In this document: piece after piece, positions 18,553-29,700 of the stretch
Layout of the letters: each line of letters begins with the position of its first letter
Numbering within the stretch: position 1 is the stretch's first letter
NCBI GenBank assembly: GCA_041725915.1
Contig: JBGRPZ010000002.1
Location: 8,593 to 72,592 of the forward strand
Length of the DNA: 64,000 nt
Direction: 5' to 3'
Source: Hyphomicrobiales bacterium
GTDB taxonomy: Bacteria; Bacteroidota; Bacteroidia; Bacteroidales; JBGRPZ01
The notes under the pieces: model-generated
Told to the model about the DNA's origin: nothing
Seen by the model: the letters and a program-made list of their open reading frames with translations, nothing else
Database searches by the model: none
Translations under genes and position numbers: made by a program

Positions 18553-18587
18553 AAAGAGACCAGCTCATTTCATGAGTTGGTCTCTTT
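18553..18587. repeat. Right copy of the 35-nt hairpin direct repeat (also positioned as the mnmA terminator)
   Basis: Identical 35 nt, 1312 bp from the left copy. Lies 26 nt beyond the mnmA stop codon. Confidence 0.85.
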
Positions 18588-18612
18588 ATATTCCTTTTCA
18601 GCTAATCGCTGA

Positions 18613-19686
18613 TTATACATGATACTCAGGGTCTGTAATCACCCCTCCACCATAGCATATAGTTTCTTCATCATTATATATAACTCCAAACTGCCCGGGT
18701 GCTACCCCTGACACTTTATTGTCAGACTTGATATAATAGTTATCTCCATCTTTTACTAGTTCACCAGCTGTAAACTCTGGCTGGTGACGAATCTTGAACT
18801 TAACTTTGCTTAGGTTCTCGATGTCAAAGTTTGGATTGATCCAATTCATCTCGCCTAAATGAACCTTATCATTATATTGCGCTATTGGGTCATAACCATT
18901 ACTTACATATATAATATTGTTCTCAATATCTTTCTTCACCACAAACCAAGGGCCTCCGCCTAGTCCAAGACCTCTACGCTGACCAATAGTATGAAACCAG
19001 ATACCTTTATGTGTTCCCAACCTTTTACCGTTATCAATGTTGATAATCGCGCCTGGTTTTTCTCCTACAAATCGACGGATAAAGTCGTTGTAATTTACTT
19101 TCCCCAAAAAGCATATCCCTTGACTATCGGGACGATGAGCACTTGGCAAACGCATCTCTTCAGCAATTTGTCTTACTTCAGGCTTTGGAATATGACCTAT
19201 AGGGAACATAATCTTTGATACCTGCTGCTCGGTGATCTGTGAAAGGAAATAAGTCTGATCTTTCACCTTATCTTCTGCTGTAGCGAGGAAATTACCATTC
19301 TCTGTCTCCAGAATATTTGCATAGTGTCCTGTAGTAATCTTGTCAAAGTGCTTTCCATACTTTTCTTCAAAAGCACCGAATTTGATCAGACGATTACACA
19401 TAATATCAGGATTTGGAGTCAATCCCTTTTGTACAGTATCAATTGTATACTTTACAACTGTTTCCCAATATTCATCCTGAAGAGAAACTAATTCTAGTTT
19501 CAATCCATATTTCTTGGCAATCCAGGTGGTGATTTCAATATCTTCTTCTGCCGGACAGTCAAAGCCCGGTTTATCATCCATACCTATCTGAATGTAGAAA
19601 ATCGTAGGCTCATAGCCCATCTTCTTCAACAATGGTATAGTCACTGAACTATCAACACCCCCGGAAACTAATGCCGCTATATTCAT
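18613..19686 (-). CDS. mnmA: tRNA 2-thiouridine(34) synthase
   Basis: 357 aa with PP-loop SGGVDSS, a conserved Cys (ICFLG) and MnmA-like length and architecture. Confidence 0.95.
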   Translation of the reverse strand: MNIAALVSGGVDSSVTIPLLKKMGYEPTIFYIQIGMDDKPGFDCPAEEDIEITTWIAKKYGLKLELVSLQDEYWETVVKYTIDTVQKGLTPNPDIMCNRLIKFGAFEEKYGKHFDKITTGHYANILETENGNFLATAEDKVKDQTYFLSQITEQQVSKIMFPIGHIPKPEVRQIAEEMRLPSAHRPDSQGICFLGKVNYNDFIRRFVGEKPGAIINIDNGKRLGTHKGIWFHTIGQRRGLGLGGGPWFVVKKDIENNIIYVSNGYDPIAQYNDKVHLGEMNWINPNFDIENLSKVKFKIRHQPEFTAGELVKDGDNYYIKSDNKVSGVAPGQFGVIYNDEETICYGGGVITDPEYHV

Positions 19687-19874
19687 ATATATACTCCTTG
19701 GTCTGTTATTTTATAATTGCATGCAAATTACGTTAAAACTTACGTGAAATTGAATCTTTTATTGTCATTTTGAATATACACCAATCTAAAACCTGTCCTT
19801 TCTGAGCATATCCGCCTATTTCTAAATTTCATATGCTCAAACTACTTAAATGACTTGAATGCTCAGGTTTATTG

Positions 19875-19882
19875 TATATTTG
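19875..19882 (+). promoter_or_regulatory. candidate -7 box (TATATTTG)
   Basis: TATATTTGCGCT lies 55 nt upstream of ATG 19937. The same 12-mer occurs at the tRNA-Asn promoter (58406). Confidence 0.45.
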
Positions 19883-19936
19883 CGCTACTAAGTCAGGATA
19901 AGAGAGTAACGAAACAATAAAACTATATCTTTCTAA

Positions 19937-22900
19937 ATGAGTAGAGTTGGTAATATAGCAGAAATTCAAGACAAGTTAGAGGCGTTTATAAAGAAGTACT
20001 ACAAAGGTAAGATCATAAGAAGGGGCTTTATTGCCTTGGCTTTGATACTGCTGGTGTTTCTTTTGTTCTCATTGACAGAACACATGTTCTTTCTTTCCGA
20101 AATGAAAAGGACAATTGTCTTTTACTCTTTCCTATTTATATCTATATGTGTCTTGGTATTCCTTCCCGGTCTTCCTATACTCGCTTACTTCAATATCAAC
20201 AGAAAGCTGACACCAGAGAAAGCCGCTATTCTTATAGGTGAACATTTCCCCGGGATTAAAGATAAATTGCTCAATATCCTTCAACTCTACAAAAGCATTG
20301 AAATCAGCGATCAACAGAAAGAACTTATCATTGCATCCATCGACCAAAAGAGCCTCGAGTTTAAGCCTTTCCGTTTCTCTATGGCTGTTAACATAAAGAG
20401 AAGTTTCAAGACTGCTATTTACTTTGCTGTTCCTCTGGCCATCATCATACTGCTCTTGTTATTCATCCCTGAAACAATCACCAAGTCTACGGAAAGGATT
20501 GTAAATTATAAAACTCATTATCAAAAGCCTTTGCCTTTCAGCCTCAAGATAATGAACAAGAGTCTAAATACAATTCAGAATGAAGATTATACTCTGGACA
20601 TTATGGCGGTAGGTGATATTATCCCTGCTGAAGTATTTGTTGAAAGAGAAGGTCAGGAATTCCGTATGAGTAAAGGCGACAACAATACTTTTCACTATAC
20701 CTTCCACAAGCCCCAAAAGAAAGAAAGCTTTACTATCTCATCAGGAGATTATCAAAGTGAAACTTATTTCTTATCTGTATTCCCAAAACCTGTTATCACC
20801 AGCTTTGATATCAAACTCAACTATCCAAATTATACTGGTGAGAAAGATAAATCTATTGATAATAATGGGAACTTCTCTATTCCTGAGGGCACAAAAGTCT
20901 CATGGAACTTCTATACCAAAGATGTTGATACCTTGGGTATGATTATACATAACAAGGAAGAGAAGTTATATAATACTGCTTCAACTAAATACGAGATCAA
21001 TAAAGACCTACGCAAAAGCACAAGCTATAAAGTGTTTGTAAGCAACAAACATCTTATCAATCCTGATACTATGGCTTTCAGCATAAATGTTATCCCTGAT
21101 GATTACCCACAAATATCTGTTCAGAGTATTGAAGATACTATCAACAATCAGGGATTATATTTTCAGGGGATTATACAGGATGACTACGGTTTCTCTGGCC
21201 TGAACTTCTTCTATTCTGTGAAAAACGATCTTAACAACTCCAAGTCGAAGTGGATAAAGCAATCTATTGCTATTAGAAAGAACATTACCCAAGAACAGTT
21301 CTTTCACTTTGTGGATTTCTCCAAAGTCAACTTATCTCCCGGAGATGAAATGACATACTACTTTGAGGTGAAAGATAATGATGCTATCAATGGGGCTAAA
21401 GCCACAAAAACCGAATACTTATCTTATATGATGCCTACAAAGGCTGAACTTAAGCAGAATAGAGACGAACTTTCAAAACAGATTGCTGAAACTATGGAAA
21501 ATAGCCTCAAGGATGCCCAAAAGCTTCAAGAGGAAATTAACCAGCTTCGTCAGGAAATACTGAACAAGGATCATCTGGGTTGGCAAGAGAAAAAGAAGAT
21601 TCAGGACATGCTGAAGAAAAAAGATGATATTCAAAACCAAATCGAAAAAGCTCAGAAAAACGCTGAAGAACTAAGGAAAACGGAAAACAAAATCGATGAG
21701 CCGCTCCCTCCCCAACTACTGCAAAAGCAAATGCAACTCGAAAAGTTGATGGAAGAACTGATGACTGACGAGATGAAACAGCTCATGGAGGAAATTCAAC
21801 AACTCATGGATGAGCTTAATCCTGAGGATATGGCTGAAAAAATGGAGCAAATGGAATTGAATCAGGAAGCTCTTGAAAAGGAACTCGACAGAAACCTTGA
21901 TATATTCAAACAACTGGAATTTGAAAAAGACCTGAACGAAACTATTCAGGATCTCGAAGAAATTGCAAAGGAACAGGAACAACTTGCTCAGGAAGCTGAT
22001 GAAAGAAAAACTGATGCTGAGGAACTCGCTGAAAAGCAAAACGAACTCAACGAAAAGTTTGATGACCTTCAAAAGGATATGGAAGAGCTGAAAGAAAAGA
22101 ATGCCCAGCTTGAAGAACCTAATAAAATGCCTGATACTCAGAAACAGCAACAACAGATTCAGGAAGAAATGCAGAATGCTTCTAATCAGCTATCCAAGGA
22201 TAAAAAGAAAAAAGCACAGAAATCTCAACAGAATGCCGCACAGCAAATGAAACAAATGGCACAGCAGATGATGCAGATGCAAATGGAAATGCAAGCACAA
22301 CAAAATGCTGAGGATGCCAGAGCTTTAAGGCAAATCCTTGATAATCTCGTTGAAGGCTCTTTCCGTCAGGAGAATATTATTGTTGGCATGAATGGTCTCA
22401 ATGCTAATGACCCTAAGTTTATTGATCTTATGAAGAATCAATTCCACCTACAGGAGGAAATGAAAATGGTTGAAGATTCTTTATTCCAACTCAGCAAAAG
22501 ACAACCAGCCATCCAGTCTTTTGTGAATAAAGAGATATCTGCTATTAATGGTAAACTTCAACTTGCCGTCAAAAAACTTCAGGATAGAAAAACCGGTGAA
22601 GCTAGCTCCGCTCAACAATATGCAATGACTTCTATCAACAATCTTGCGCTTATGCTTGCTGAAGTCCTTGAGCAAATGGAAAACCAAAACAATCAGAATA
22701 TGGGTGCTTCTTCGGCCTGCTCTTCCAGTCAAAAACCTCAAGGAAAACCGTCTAAGCCCGGCAGCATGAAACAAATGCAAAAACAACTTGGTGACCAACT
22801 CAAAAAAATGCAAGATCAGCTCAAAAAGGGTAAACAACAAGGTAAAGGTATGGGTGGAAAGCAAAATAGAAAACTCTCTGAACAGTTCGCCCGTATGGCT

Positions 22901-23320
22901 GCTGAACAAGCCGAAATCAGAAGACAAATGCAACAATACTTGGATGAACTGAAAAAACAAGGTCAGAATGGTAGTGGCTTACAGGAAGCTCTTGAGGGTG
23001 CTGAACAACTTGAAAACGATCTTATTCACAAGATATTAACAGAAGAAACGTTCAAAAGACAGCAAGAAATCCTTACGCGTTTGCTTAAAGCTGAACAAGC
23101 TGAAATGGAAAGAGAAAAGGACGATAGAAGAGAGTCTAATGAAGCTGCTCAAATCCATAAGCCTAATAGTAAGTTGCTTGAAGAGTTCTTGAAGAAACAA
23201 AGAGAAGAATCTGAGATGTTGCGCACTGTGCCTATAGAAATGAAACCTTTCTATAAGAACAAAGCCAATCAATATTTCTTTAATCTCAATGAGGAACTCA
23301 ATAAAAGAGATGCTAAGTAA
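19937..23320 (+). CDS. Large membrane-anchored coiled-coil protein (DUF4175-like)
   Basis: 1127 aa. N-terminal TM segments followed by a long E/K/Q-rich heptad-like region. This large-protein type is common next to ybeY/mnmG in Bacteroidota (from memory). Confidence 0.6.
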   Translation: MSRVGNIAEIQDKLEAFIKKYYKGKIIRRGFIALALILLVFLLFSLTEHMFFLSEMKRTIVFYSFLFISICVLVFLPGLPILAYFNINRKLTPEKAAILIGEHFPGIKDKLLNILQLYKSIEISDQQKELIIASIDQKSLEFKPFRFSMAVNIKRSFKTAIYFAVPLAIIILLLLFIPETITKSTERIVNYKTHYQKPLPFSLKIMNKSLNTIQNEDYTLDIMAVGDIIPAEVFVEREGQEFRMSKGDNNTFHYTFHKPQKKESFTISSGDYQSETYFLSVFPKPVITSFDIKLNYPNYTGEKDKSIDNNGNFSIPEGTKVSWNFYTKDVDTLGMIIHNKEEKLYNTASTKYEINKDLRKSTSYKVFVSNKHLINPDTMAFSINVIPDDYPQISVQSIEDTINNQGLYFQGIIQDDYGFSGLNFFYSVKNDLNNSKSKWIKQSIAIRKNITQEQFFHFVDFSKVNLSPGDEMTYYFEVKDNDAINGAKATKTEYLSYMMPTKAELKQNRDELSKQIAETMENSLKDAQKLQEEINQLRQEILNKDHLGWQEKKKIQDMLKKKDDIQNQIEKAQKNAEELRKTENKIDEPLPPQLLQKQMQLEKLMEELMTDEMKQLMEEIQQLMDELNPEDMAEKMEQMELNQEALEKELDRNLDIFKQLEFEKDLNETIQDLEEIAKEQEQLAQEADERKTDAEELAEKQNELNEKFDDLQKDMEELKEKNAQLEEPNKMPDTQKQQQQIQEEMQNASNQLSKDKKKKAQKSQQNAAQQMKQMAQQMMQMQMEMQAQQNAEDARALRQILDNLVEGSFRQENIIVGMNGLNANDPKFIDLMKNQFHLQEEMKMVEDSLFQLSKRQPAIQSFVNKEISAINGKLQLAVKKLQDRKTGEASSAQQYAMTSINNLALMLAEVLEQMENQNNQNMGASSACSSSQKPQGKPSKPGSMKQMQKQLGDQLKKMQDQLKKGKQQGKGMGGKQNRKLSEQFARMAAEQAEIRRQMQQYLDELKKQGQNGSGLQEALEGAEQLENDLIHKILTEETFKRQQEILTRLLKAEQAEMEREKDDRRESNEAAQIHKPNSKLLEEFLKKQREESEMLRTVPIEMKPFYKNKANQYFFNLNEELNKRDAK

Positions 23321-23393
23321 TTGTTCAAACCTTTGGTGAAGACTTTAATTCAAAATATAATTTGTGGTATTATTCCACCTCTAATTGAAATAG

Positions 23394-23819
23394 ATGATGT
23401 CAAAAGGACGTATAACTTTTAATTATGCTGATGTTGACAATCCTTTGGAGCAACCTAAAGTTGTGAAAAAATGGATCAATAAATGTATAGCGCATTTTGG
23501 TAAGCATACAGGCGAAATCCAATATATTTTCTGTAGCGATCAATATCTGCTCAAGATAAATCAGGATTTCCTCGACCATGATACTTATACTGATATCGTC
23601 ACCTTCGATTCTTCTACAAACGAAATCGTACAAGGCGAGCTTTATATCAGTGTCGACAGAACTAATGATAATGCTGTGAAACTTGGCACAACTGCTTATC
23701 AAGAACTCCTGAGAGTCATTATTCATGGGGTGTTGCACCTTATCGGGTTTAAAGATAAATCCCCTGAAGAAGCTGCCAAAATGAGAGAAAGGGAAGACCT
23801 TTGTCTTTCTTTTTACTAG
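23394..23819 (+). CDS. ybeY: rRNA maturation endoribonuclease YbeY
   Basis: 141 aa with the Zn motif HGVLHLIGFKD. Confidence 0.9.
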   Translation: MMSKGRITFNYADVDNPLEQPKVVKKWINKCIAHFGKHTGEIQYIFCSDQYLLKINQDFLDHDTYTDIVTFDSSTNEIVQGELYISVDRTNDNAVKLGTTAYQELLRVIIHGVLHLIGFKDKSPEEAAKMREREDLCLSFY

Positions 23820-23853
23820 TAATTACAGGGAAAAACAATAGATATTATATTAC

Positions 23854-23867
23854 GTTTCACGTGAAAC
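23854..23867. promoter_or_regulatory. 14-nt perfect palindrome GTTTCACGTGAAAC (copy 1 of 4)
   Basis: Lies between ybeY and mnmG, ending 18 nt before ATG 23886. Confidence 0.6.
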
Positions 23868-23885
23868 AACAGAAGGGTTAGGAAT

Positions 23886-25757
23886 ATGTTCCAGAAGTAC
23901 GATGTTATCGTAGTGGGAGCCGGACATGCCGGCTGTGAAGCTGCAGCTGCTGCTGCAAATCTTGGTGCCAGCACTTTGCTGATCACCATGAATATGAATA
24001 ACATGGCGCAAATGTCATGCAACCCTGCAATGGGTGGAATTGCTAAAGGACAGATAGTAAGAGAAATTGATGCTCTCGGAGGATATGCCGGAATTATCAC
24101 TGATAAAACCATGATTCAGTTCCGTATGCTCAACAGATCTAAAGGACCTGCTATGTGGAGTCCCAGAGCACAATCGGATCGCTTTCTGTTTACCAGTGAG
24201 TGGAGAGAAACTCTTGAAAGAACCAAAAACCTTGACTTCTTCCAGGATACAGTAACTTCTGTTATTGTAAAAGACAATAGAATATCTGGCGTTCGCACTG
24301 GCATGGGACATGAAATCATGGCCGAATCTGTTGTCCTTACTAATGGTACTTTCCTCAATGGAACTATTCATATAGGCCATAAACAATTTGGTGGTGGTCG
24401 TATAGGTGAAGCTTCTTCTGAAGGAATCACTGAAGATCTTATAAAGTTAGGGTTCAGAGCTGATAGAATGAAAACCGGTACTCCTGTAAGAGTAGATGGC
24501 CGTTCTATAGACTTTTCTCATCTCGAAGAACAAGCCGGGGACGAAAACCCAATGAAATTCAGCTACCTTGATACGCCTAAGCTAACAAAACAAAGAAGCT
24601 GCTGGCTGGCTTATACCAGTCCTGAAGTTCATGATATCCTTAAAACCGGGTTCAATGATTCACCTCTTTTCAATGGTAGAATCCAAGGTGTAGGCCCTCG
24701 CTATTGCCCTTCTATTGAAGATAAAATCGAAAGATTCAGCGATAAAAGCAGACATCAACTGTTTGTTGAACCTGAAGGATGGAATACTGTAGAGTATTAT
24801 ATCAATGGCTTTTCTTCTTCTCTTCCTGATGATATCCAAATCAAGGCACTACGTAAGATCAAAGGCTTTGAAAACGCTAAGGTCTTCCGCCCTGGTTATG
24901 CTATTGAATATGATTATTTCCCACCTGAACAGCTAAAGCATACATTAGAAACTAAGCTTGTTGATGGCTTATACTTTGCCGGACAAATCAATGGTACTAC
25001 TGGATATGAGGAAGCCGGAAGTCAGGGAATGATGGCCGGAATTAATGCCGCCCTTAAGGTTCAGGAAAAAGAAGAGTTTATCCTTAGCCGCTCTGAGGGT
25101 TATATTGGTGTGCTTATTGATGATCTTATTACTAAGGGTGTAGATGAACCTTATCGTATGTTTACTTCTCGTGCTGAATATAGGATTCTTCTACGTCAGG
25201 ATAATGCGGATTTAAGGTTAACACCTAAAGCTCATAAGATCGGATTGGCTTCTGATGAGCGTTATGAAAGAATGCTTCGCAAGCAAGAAGAAACAAACTC
25301 TATTATTGATTTTCTGAAGAAACAGAGTGTTACTCCTGATGAGATTAATTCTGTGCTTGATCAATGTGGAACTTCTGCATTGAAGAACAAAACCCGAATA
25401 GCCAACATATTGTCAAGACCTCAAATTCAACTTAAAGACATTATTACTGCTATCCCTCATCTTGAAAACTTTGTCAATGAGCTTTCTGATAATAAAGAAG
25501 AAGCTCTGGAATGTGCAGAGATACAAGTAAAGTATGAAGGCTATATATCCAAAGAACAGGAAGTCGCTGATAAGCTCTCCCGACTCGAAGAAGTTAAACT
25601 TCATGATAGCTTTGACTACAAAGCATTACAATCATTAAGCTTTGAAGCCAGAGAGAAGTTGAGCAAGATAAAACCAAGGACTTTAGGACAAGCATCAAGA
25701 ATCAGTGGGGTATCTCCTTCTGATATTTCTGTTTTAGCAGTATATTTGGGTCGATAA
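23886..25757 (+). CDS. mnmG: tRNA uridine 5-carboxymethylaminomethyl modification enzyme
   Basis: 623 aa. FAD motif [14 protein letters not shown] and conserved GidA blocks throughout. Confidence 0.97.
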   Translation: MFQKYDVIVVGAGHAGCEAAAAAANLGASTLLITMNMNNMAQMSCNPAMGGIAKGQIVREIDALGGYAGIITDKTMIQFRMLNRSKGPAMWSPRAQSDRFLFTSEWRETLERTKNLDFFQDTVTSVIVKDNRISGVRTGMGHEIMAESVVLTNGTFLNGTIHIGHKQFGGGRIGEASSEGITEDLIKLGFRADRMKTGTPVRVDGRSIDFSHLEEQAGDENPMKFSYLDTPKLTKQRSCWLAYTSPEVHDILKTGFNDSPLFNGRIQGVGPRYCPSIEDKIERFSDKSRHQLFVEPEGWNTVEYYINGFSSSLPDDIQIKALRKIKGFENAKVFRPGYAIEYDYFPPEQLKHTLETKLVDGLYFAGQINGTTGYEEAGSQGMMAGINAALKVQEKEEFILSRSEGYIGVLIDDLITKGVDEPYRMFTSRAEYRILLRQDNADLRLTPKAHKIGLASDERYERMLRKQEETNSIIDFLKKQSVTPDEINSVLDQCGTSALKNKTRIANILSRPQIQLKDIITAIPHLENFVNELSDNKEEALECAEIQVKYEGYISKEQEVADKLSRLEEVKLHDSFDYKALQSLSFEAREKLSKIKPRTLGQASRISGVSPSDISVLAVYLGR

Positions 25758-25765
25758 TCAATAAT

Positions 25766-25779
25766 GTTTCACATGAAAC
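25766..25779. promoter_or_regulatory. 14-nt perfect palindrome GTTTCACATGAAAC (copy 2 of 4)
   Basis: Lies between mnmG and the methyltransferase gene. The central ATG opens a 4-codon ORF ending in TAATG at 25785-25789. Confidence 0.6.
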
Positions 25780-25786
25780 TACAATA

Positions 25787-26668
25787 ATGGAGGAACTTAA
25801 AGCATGCCCGATATGTGGTTCTGTTGCCCTTAAAAGCTATATGACCACTAAAGATTTTTTCCTTACTCAGGAAGAGTTTAGCATCTCTGAATGCTCGGAT
25901 TGTCATTTTAAATTTACAAACCCAAGGCCTGAACCTGAGCAATTAGGAAAGTATTACAAGTCTGAAGAGTATATTTCTCATTCAAACAATAAGAAAGGCT
26001 TTGTCAATGGAATATATCAAGCTGTAAGACAATACACCTTAGCCAAGAAATTTCAAGCTATTACCAAGATCAAAAAGGAAGGCAAGATCCTTGATATCGG
26101 TTGTGCTACTGGTGAATTATTGAACTTCTTCCAACAAAATAAATGGGAAACTCTAGGTATCGAACCTGATCCGGATGCTAGAAATCTGGCTGAAACCAAC
26201 TATAATCTCGATGTCAGAGAAGAAGAGGATATCGCAAATCTGGAAGATAAAAGCTTTGATGTTATCACCATGTGGCATGTGCTTGAACATGTTGCCAACC
26301 TACAGGAAAGAGCTGAAAGATTATCGCAACTGGTGAAAGATGACGGCCTTGTCGTTATTGCTGTACCGAATATCGATTCTTGGGATGCCAAACATTATGG
26401 TGATAAATGGGCTGCTATTGATGTCCCTAGACATCTATATCACTTTTCACAAAAGAATATGGAAACATTAATGCAACAACATGGGTTTAAGTTAATAAAA
26501 ACAAAACCTATGGTGTTCGATTCATTCTATGTAAGCCTGCTGAGTGAAAAGTATAAAAACGGAAAGCCAAGCCTTATTAAGGCTTTCATTAATGGCTTGA
26601 GGTCTAATATATGGGCGAATGCCAATCAACAGAACTTTTCTAGTGTGACTTATTTCTTTACTAAATAA
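25787..26668 (+). CDS. Class I SAM-dependent methyltransferase with an N-terminal Cys4 zinc ribbon
   Basis: 293 aa. CPICGS...CSDCHF. Motif I is ILDIGCATGE. Confidence 0.8.
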   Translation: MEELKACPICGSVALKSYMTTKDFFLTQEEFSISECSDCHFKFTNPRPEPEQLGKYYKSEEYISHSNNKKGFVNGIYQAVRQYTLAKKFQAITKIKKEGKILDIGCATGELLNFFQQNKWETLGIEPDPDARNLAETNYNLDVREEEDIANLEDKSFDVITMWHVLEHVANLQERAERLSQLVKDDGLVVIAVPNIDSWDAKHYGDKWAAIDVPRHLYHFSQKNMETLMQQHGFKLIKTKPMVFDSFYVSLLSEKYKNGKPSLIKAFINGLRSNIWANANQQNFSSVTYFFTK

Positions 26669-26685
26669 GATATTTTTACCCAACT

Positions 26686-26714
26686 AAGCCGGACGTATTG
26701 TGCCGGCTTTTTTA
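26686..26714 (+). terminator. rho-independent terminator
   Basis: AAGCCGG-N10-CCGGCTT followed by a T-run, 18 nt after the stop codon. Confidence 0.7.
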
Positions 26715-26728
26715 TAGTCTTTAACCTT

Positions 26729-26742
26729 ATTTCACATGAAAC
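26729..26742. promoter_or_regulatory. palindrome ATTTCACATGAAAC (copy 3 of 4, 13 of 14 positions)
   Basis: The central ATG is the predicted start codon of the histidine kinase (26736). Confidence 0.55.
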
Positions 26743-29700
26743 GCTGTATTCCATATCCTCCCAAGCATATTTTAGCTCTTATTATCTGTGCGATTTCATT
26801 AATTGTTGCCATAGGCCTGAATTATAGATATAGAAATAATAATAATATCAGCAAAATTGAAAAGAACTTCAAGAAGGTACTCAATGAAAAAGAACTTGCT
26901 ATTAGTGAAATATGTAGTGATATCACTAGCGACTTAACAAAGACTAATAGTGAATATCTTTTCAATAAATATTCCAATGATTTCTATAAAACAGGATATG
27001 AAATAATAGTATATAACAAGGATTCTCTTGTGTTCTGGTCTGATAATAAGATCCCGATTCCCAACAGATATGAAAGAACTACTTTCAAAGGCAAAACACA
27101 ACACTTCCCTAATGGCTACTATTATATTACTACCTATGAAAGGGAAAACTATAAAATTGTTGGTTTAATCCTTCTAAAATCAGACTACCAATTTAAGAAT
27201 GAATATCTGGAAAACATCTTCCCTGAAGACTATATCATCCCTTCAAATATTGCTATAATTCAAGAGAAAGGCTTTGGAACTCCTGTAAGTGATATACATG
27301 GAAACTATCTGTTTTCTATAGATAAAAATACAATCCCAAAGTTGATGCCTGGCCAAGCTAATACTTTAGCCATCTTTTATATTATCGCTTTATTCGCATT
27401 ACTCATCTTCTTATCCTCTCTTTTCATAAAGAATATTCCTCTGTTTCAAACAAGATATTTGGCTTTCTTCACCTTTCTGATTACCATCATTATCATTAGA
27501 GTCATATTATATTGGTTGAATCCTAATGAAGTAAAAGACTTCTCCCCCCTATTCAGTCCTAACTATTATGCAAGTTCATATTGGATGTCTTCATTGGGAG
27601 ATCTGATAATAAATACAATACTCATATTTATATCTGCTCAGTTCTTTTATCATACTCAAAGACCTGCTACATCTATAAAAGAATCAGGATCTATTCAAAG
27701 AAATACTATTATAACAATATTGGGTCTCCTCGTTGCTCTATATGAAATATGGATCTTTGGAATTGCAAGGGGACTTATCATTAATTCAAATATTGTTCTT
27801 GACCTTAACAACATTCTTGTTCTTAACTTTTATAGCCTGATTGCCTTTCTGGTAATCACATTATTATTGATCTCATTCTTCTATATAATTATAAGAGTTC
27901 TCTTGCTAATCAAGGAATATAGTGAAAATAAAAGTTATACTTATATCATCCTTACACTTACTCCCATAGTGGTGTTCCTAGTGCATTCTGATGAAATTCT
28001 TTCTATCGTCTCTTTCTTCAATATCCTGATTCTGTATCTTATATTCTTTCTGGCACAAAGAAAGAACCCTAACCCTTTCAGCCCCTCCGCTTTTATCCTT
28101 TATCTTCTCTTGATTAGTGGCTCATATACAGTCATATTGCAGAATACTCTCGCCACCAAAGAACACGAACAAAGGGAACTATTATCTGTGCGCCTTAGTG
28201 AAACTTCTGATCCTATCCTTGAATATAGCTTCTCTAACATAGAAAAGAAGATACAAACAGACTCTACTCTTATAAAGATGTTAGTCAAATATGATAGCGG
28301 CCGCTTAGGAGAAGAGAAAATTATTGATTACTTAAACACTACTTATTTCAAAGGAATATGGGAACAATATTCTTTCTTCATATGGGTTTGCCCTGAAGGT
28401 GAAATGATTAATGGTGATGAAGAAGCTGTCGATTGCTATCAGTTTTTTAATGATATTATATCTAATTATGGAAATTCTACTTCTTCACCTCATCTGATCG
28501 CTATCAAGGAAGTTGTTGGACATGCCAGATATCTGGGAAAGTTTACCTTCTTCAAGGATTCTGATACCACCCCTACTACTCGTATTTATATTGATATATT
28601 CAGTAAACTGCTCAGGAAAAGATTAGGATACCCCGAGCTTCTTGTTGATGAAGGTTCTAACTCTTTCCCTAAGATAAAAGACTATTCTTATGCTAGATAT
28701 ATAAATAACTTTCTGGACAATCGAGAAGGTAGTTATTTCTATAACCTCGAACTTAATGATGTCTTTAAAGAAGTCCCTTCGGGAAGCTTTATCGATTATA
28801 GTGGATATTCGCATTATGTAGAAAAAGAAAACGATAATACTATCCTTATTGTAAGTAAGAAAAATATCTCTTTCTTTAACTGGTTTGCTCCTTTCTCTTA
28901 TATGTTCCTGTTCTTCGGCATAATAGCAATGATAATTATCTTCTTGAATAATCTATCATTGTTTAAGGACAAAAAACCTATGTCTTTTAGAAATCGACTG
29001 CAATTTGCTATGCTCGGAATTATTCTTGTCTCTTTCCTATTTGTCGGCATAAGTACAAGCATCTATATCCTTGGCCTTAACAAACAAAAAAATCTTGAAA
29101 TCCTACAGGAAAAAACAAGATCTGTACAAATTGAATTAGAACATAAACTTGCTAACTCTAATGCTTTAAGAACTTCAAACAGACAGTATATACAAGATCA
29201 GCTCTCTAAGTTCTCTGAGGTCTTCTTTATTGATATTAACTTATATGATACTGAAGGGGAATTGATTGCTACTTCACTGCCTGAAGTCTTTAACGAAGGA
29301 TTGATAAGTAAGCAAATGAATACTACTGCTTTTGAGCATATTGTCTTTCAAAATGACTTACTATATACTCATAATGAATCTATAGGTAGGCATAGTTATT
29401 ATTCTGCTTATATCAACTTTACTGACTCGCAAGGTAGAATTATTGCTTATCTAAACCTCCTTTATTTTGCCCGCCAAGGCGAGATACAAAAGGAAATATC
29501 CGGATTCCTTGTCTCTTATATCAATATTTATGTCATCCTTATTGCGATCACTATATTGATGGGAATATTTGTCGCTAAATATATCACTCACCCTATCGAA
29601 CTTATTAGAAACAAACTGAGGAAAATCAGCCTGAACAAAACTAATGAGAAAATAGAATGGAATCAAAATGATGAAATTGGTGCTCTGGTCAATGAATATA

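Noticed and set aside
20132-23272. Several long antisense or alternative-frame ORFs inside the 19937-23320 gene (for example 21716-22153, 22481-22960 and 23036-23272)
   Set aside because: They lie opposite an E/K/Q-rich low-complexity coiled-coil region. Their translations are L/F/S-rich mirror images with no signal of real coding.
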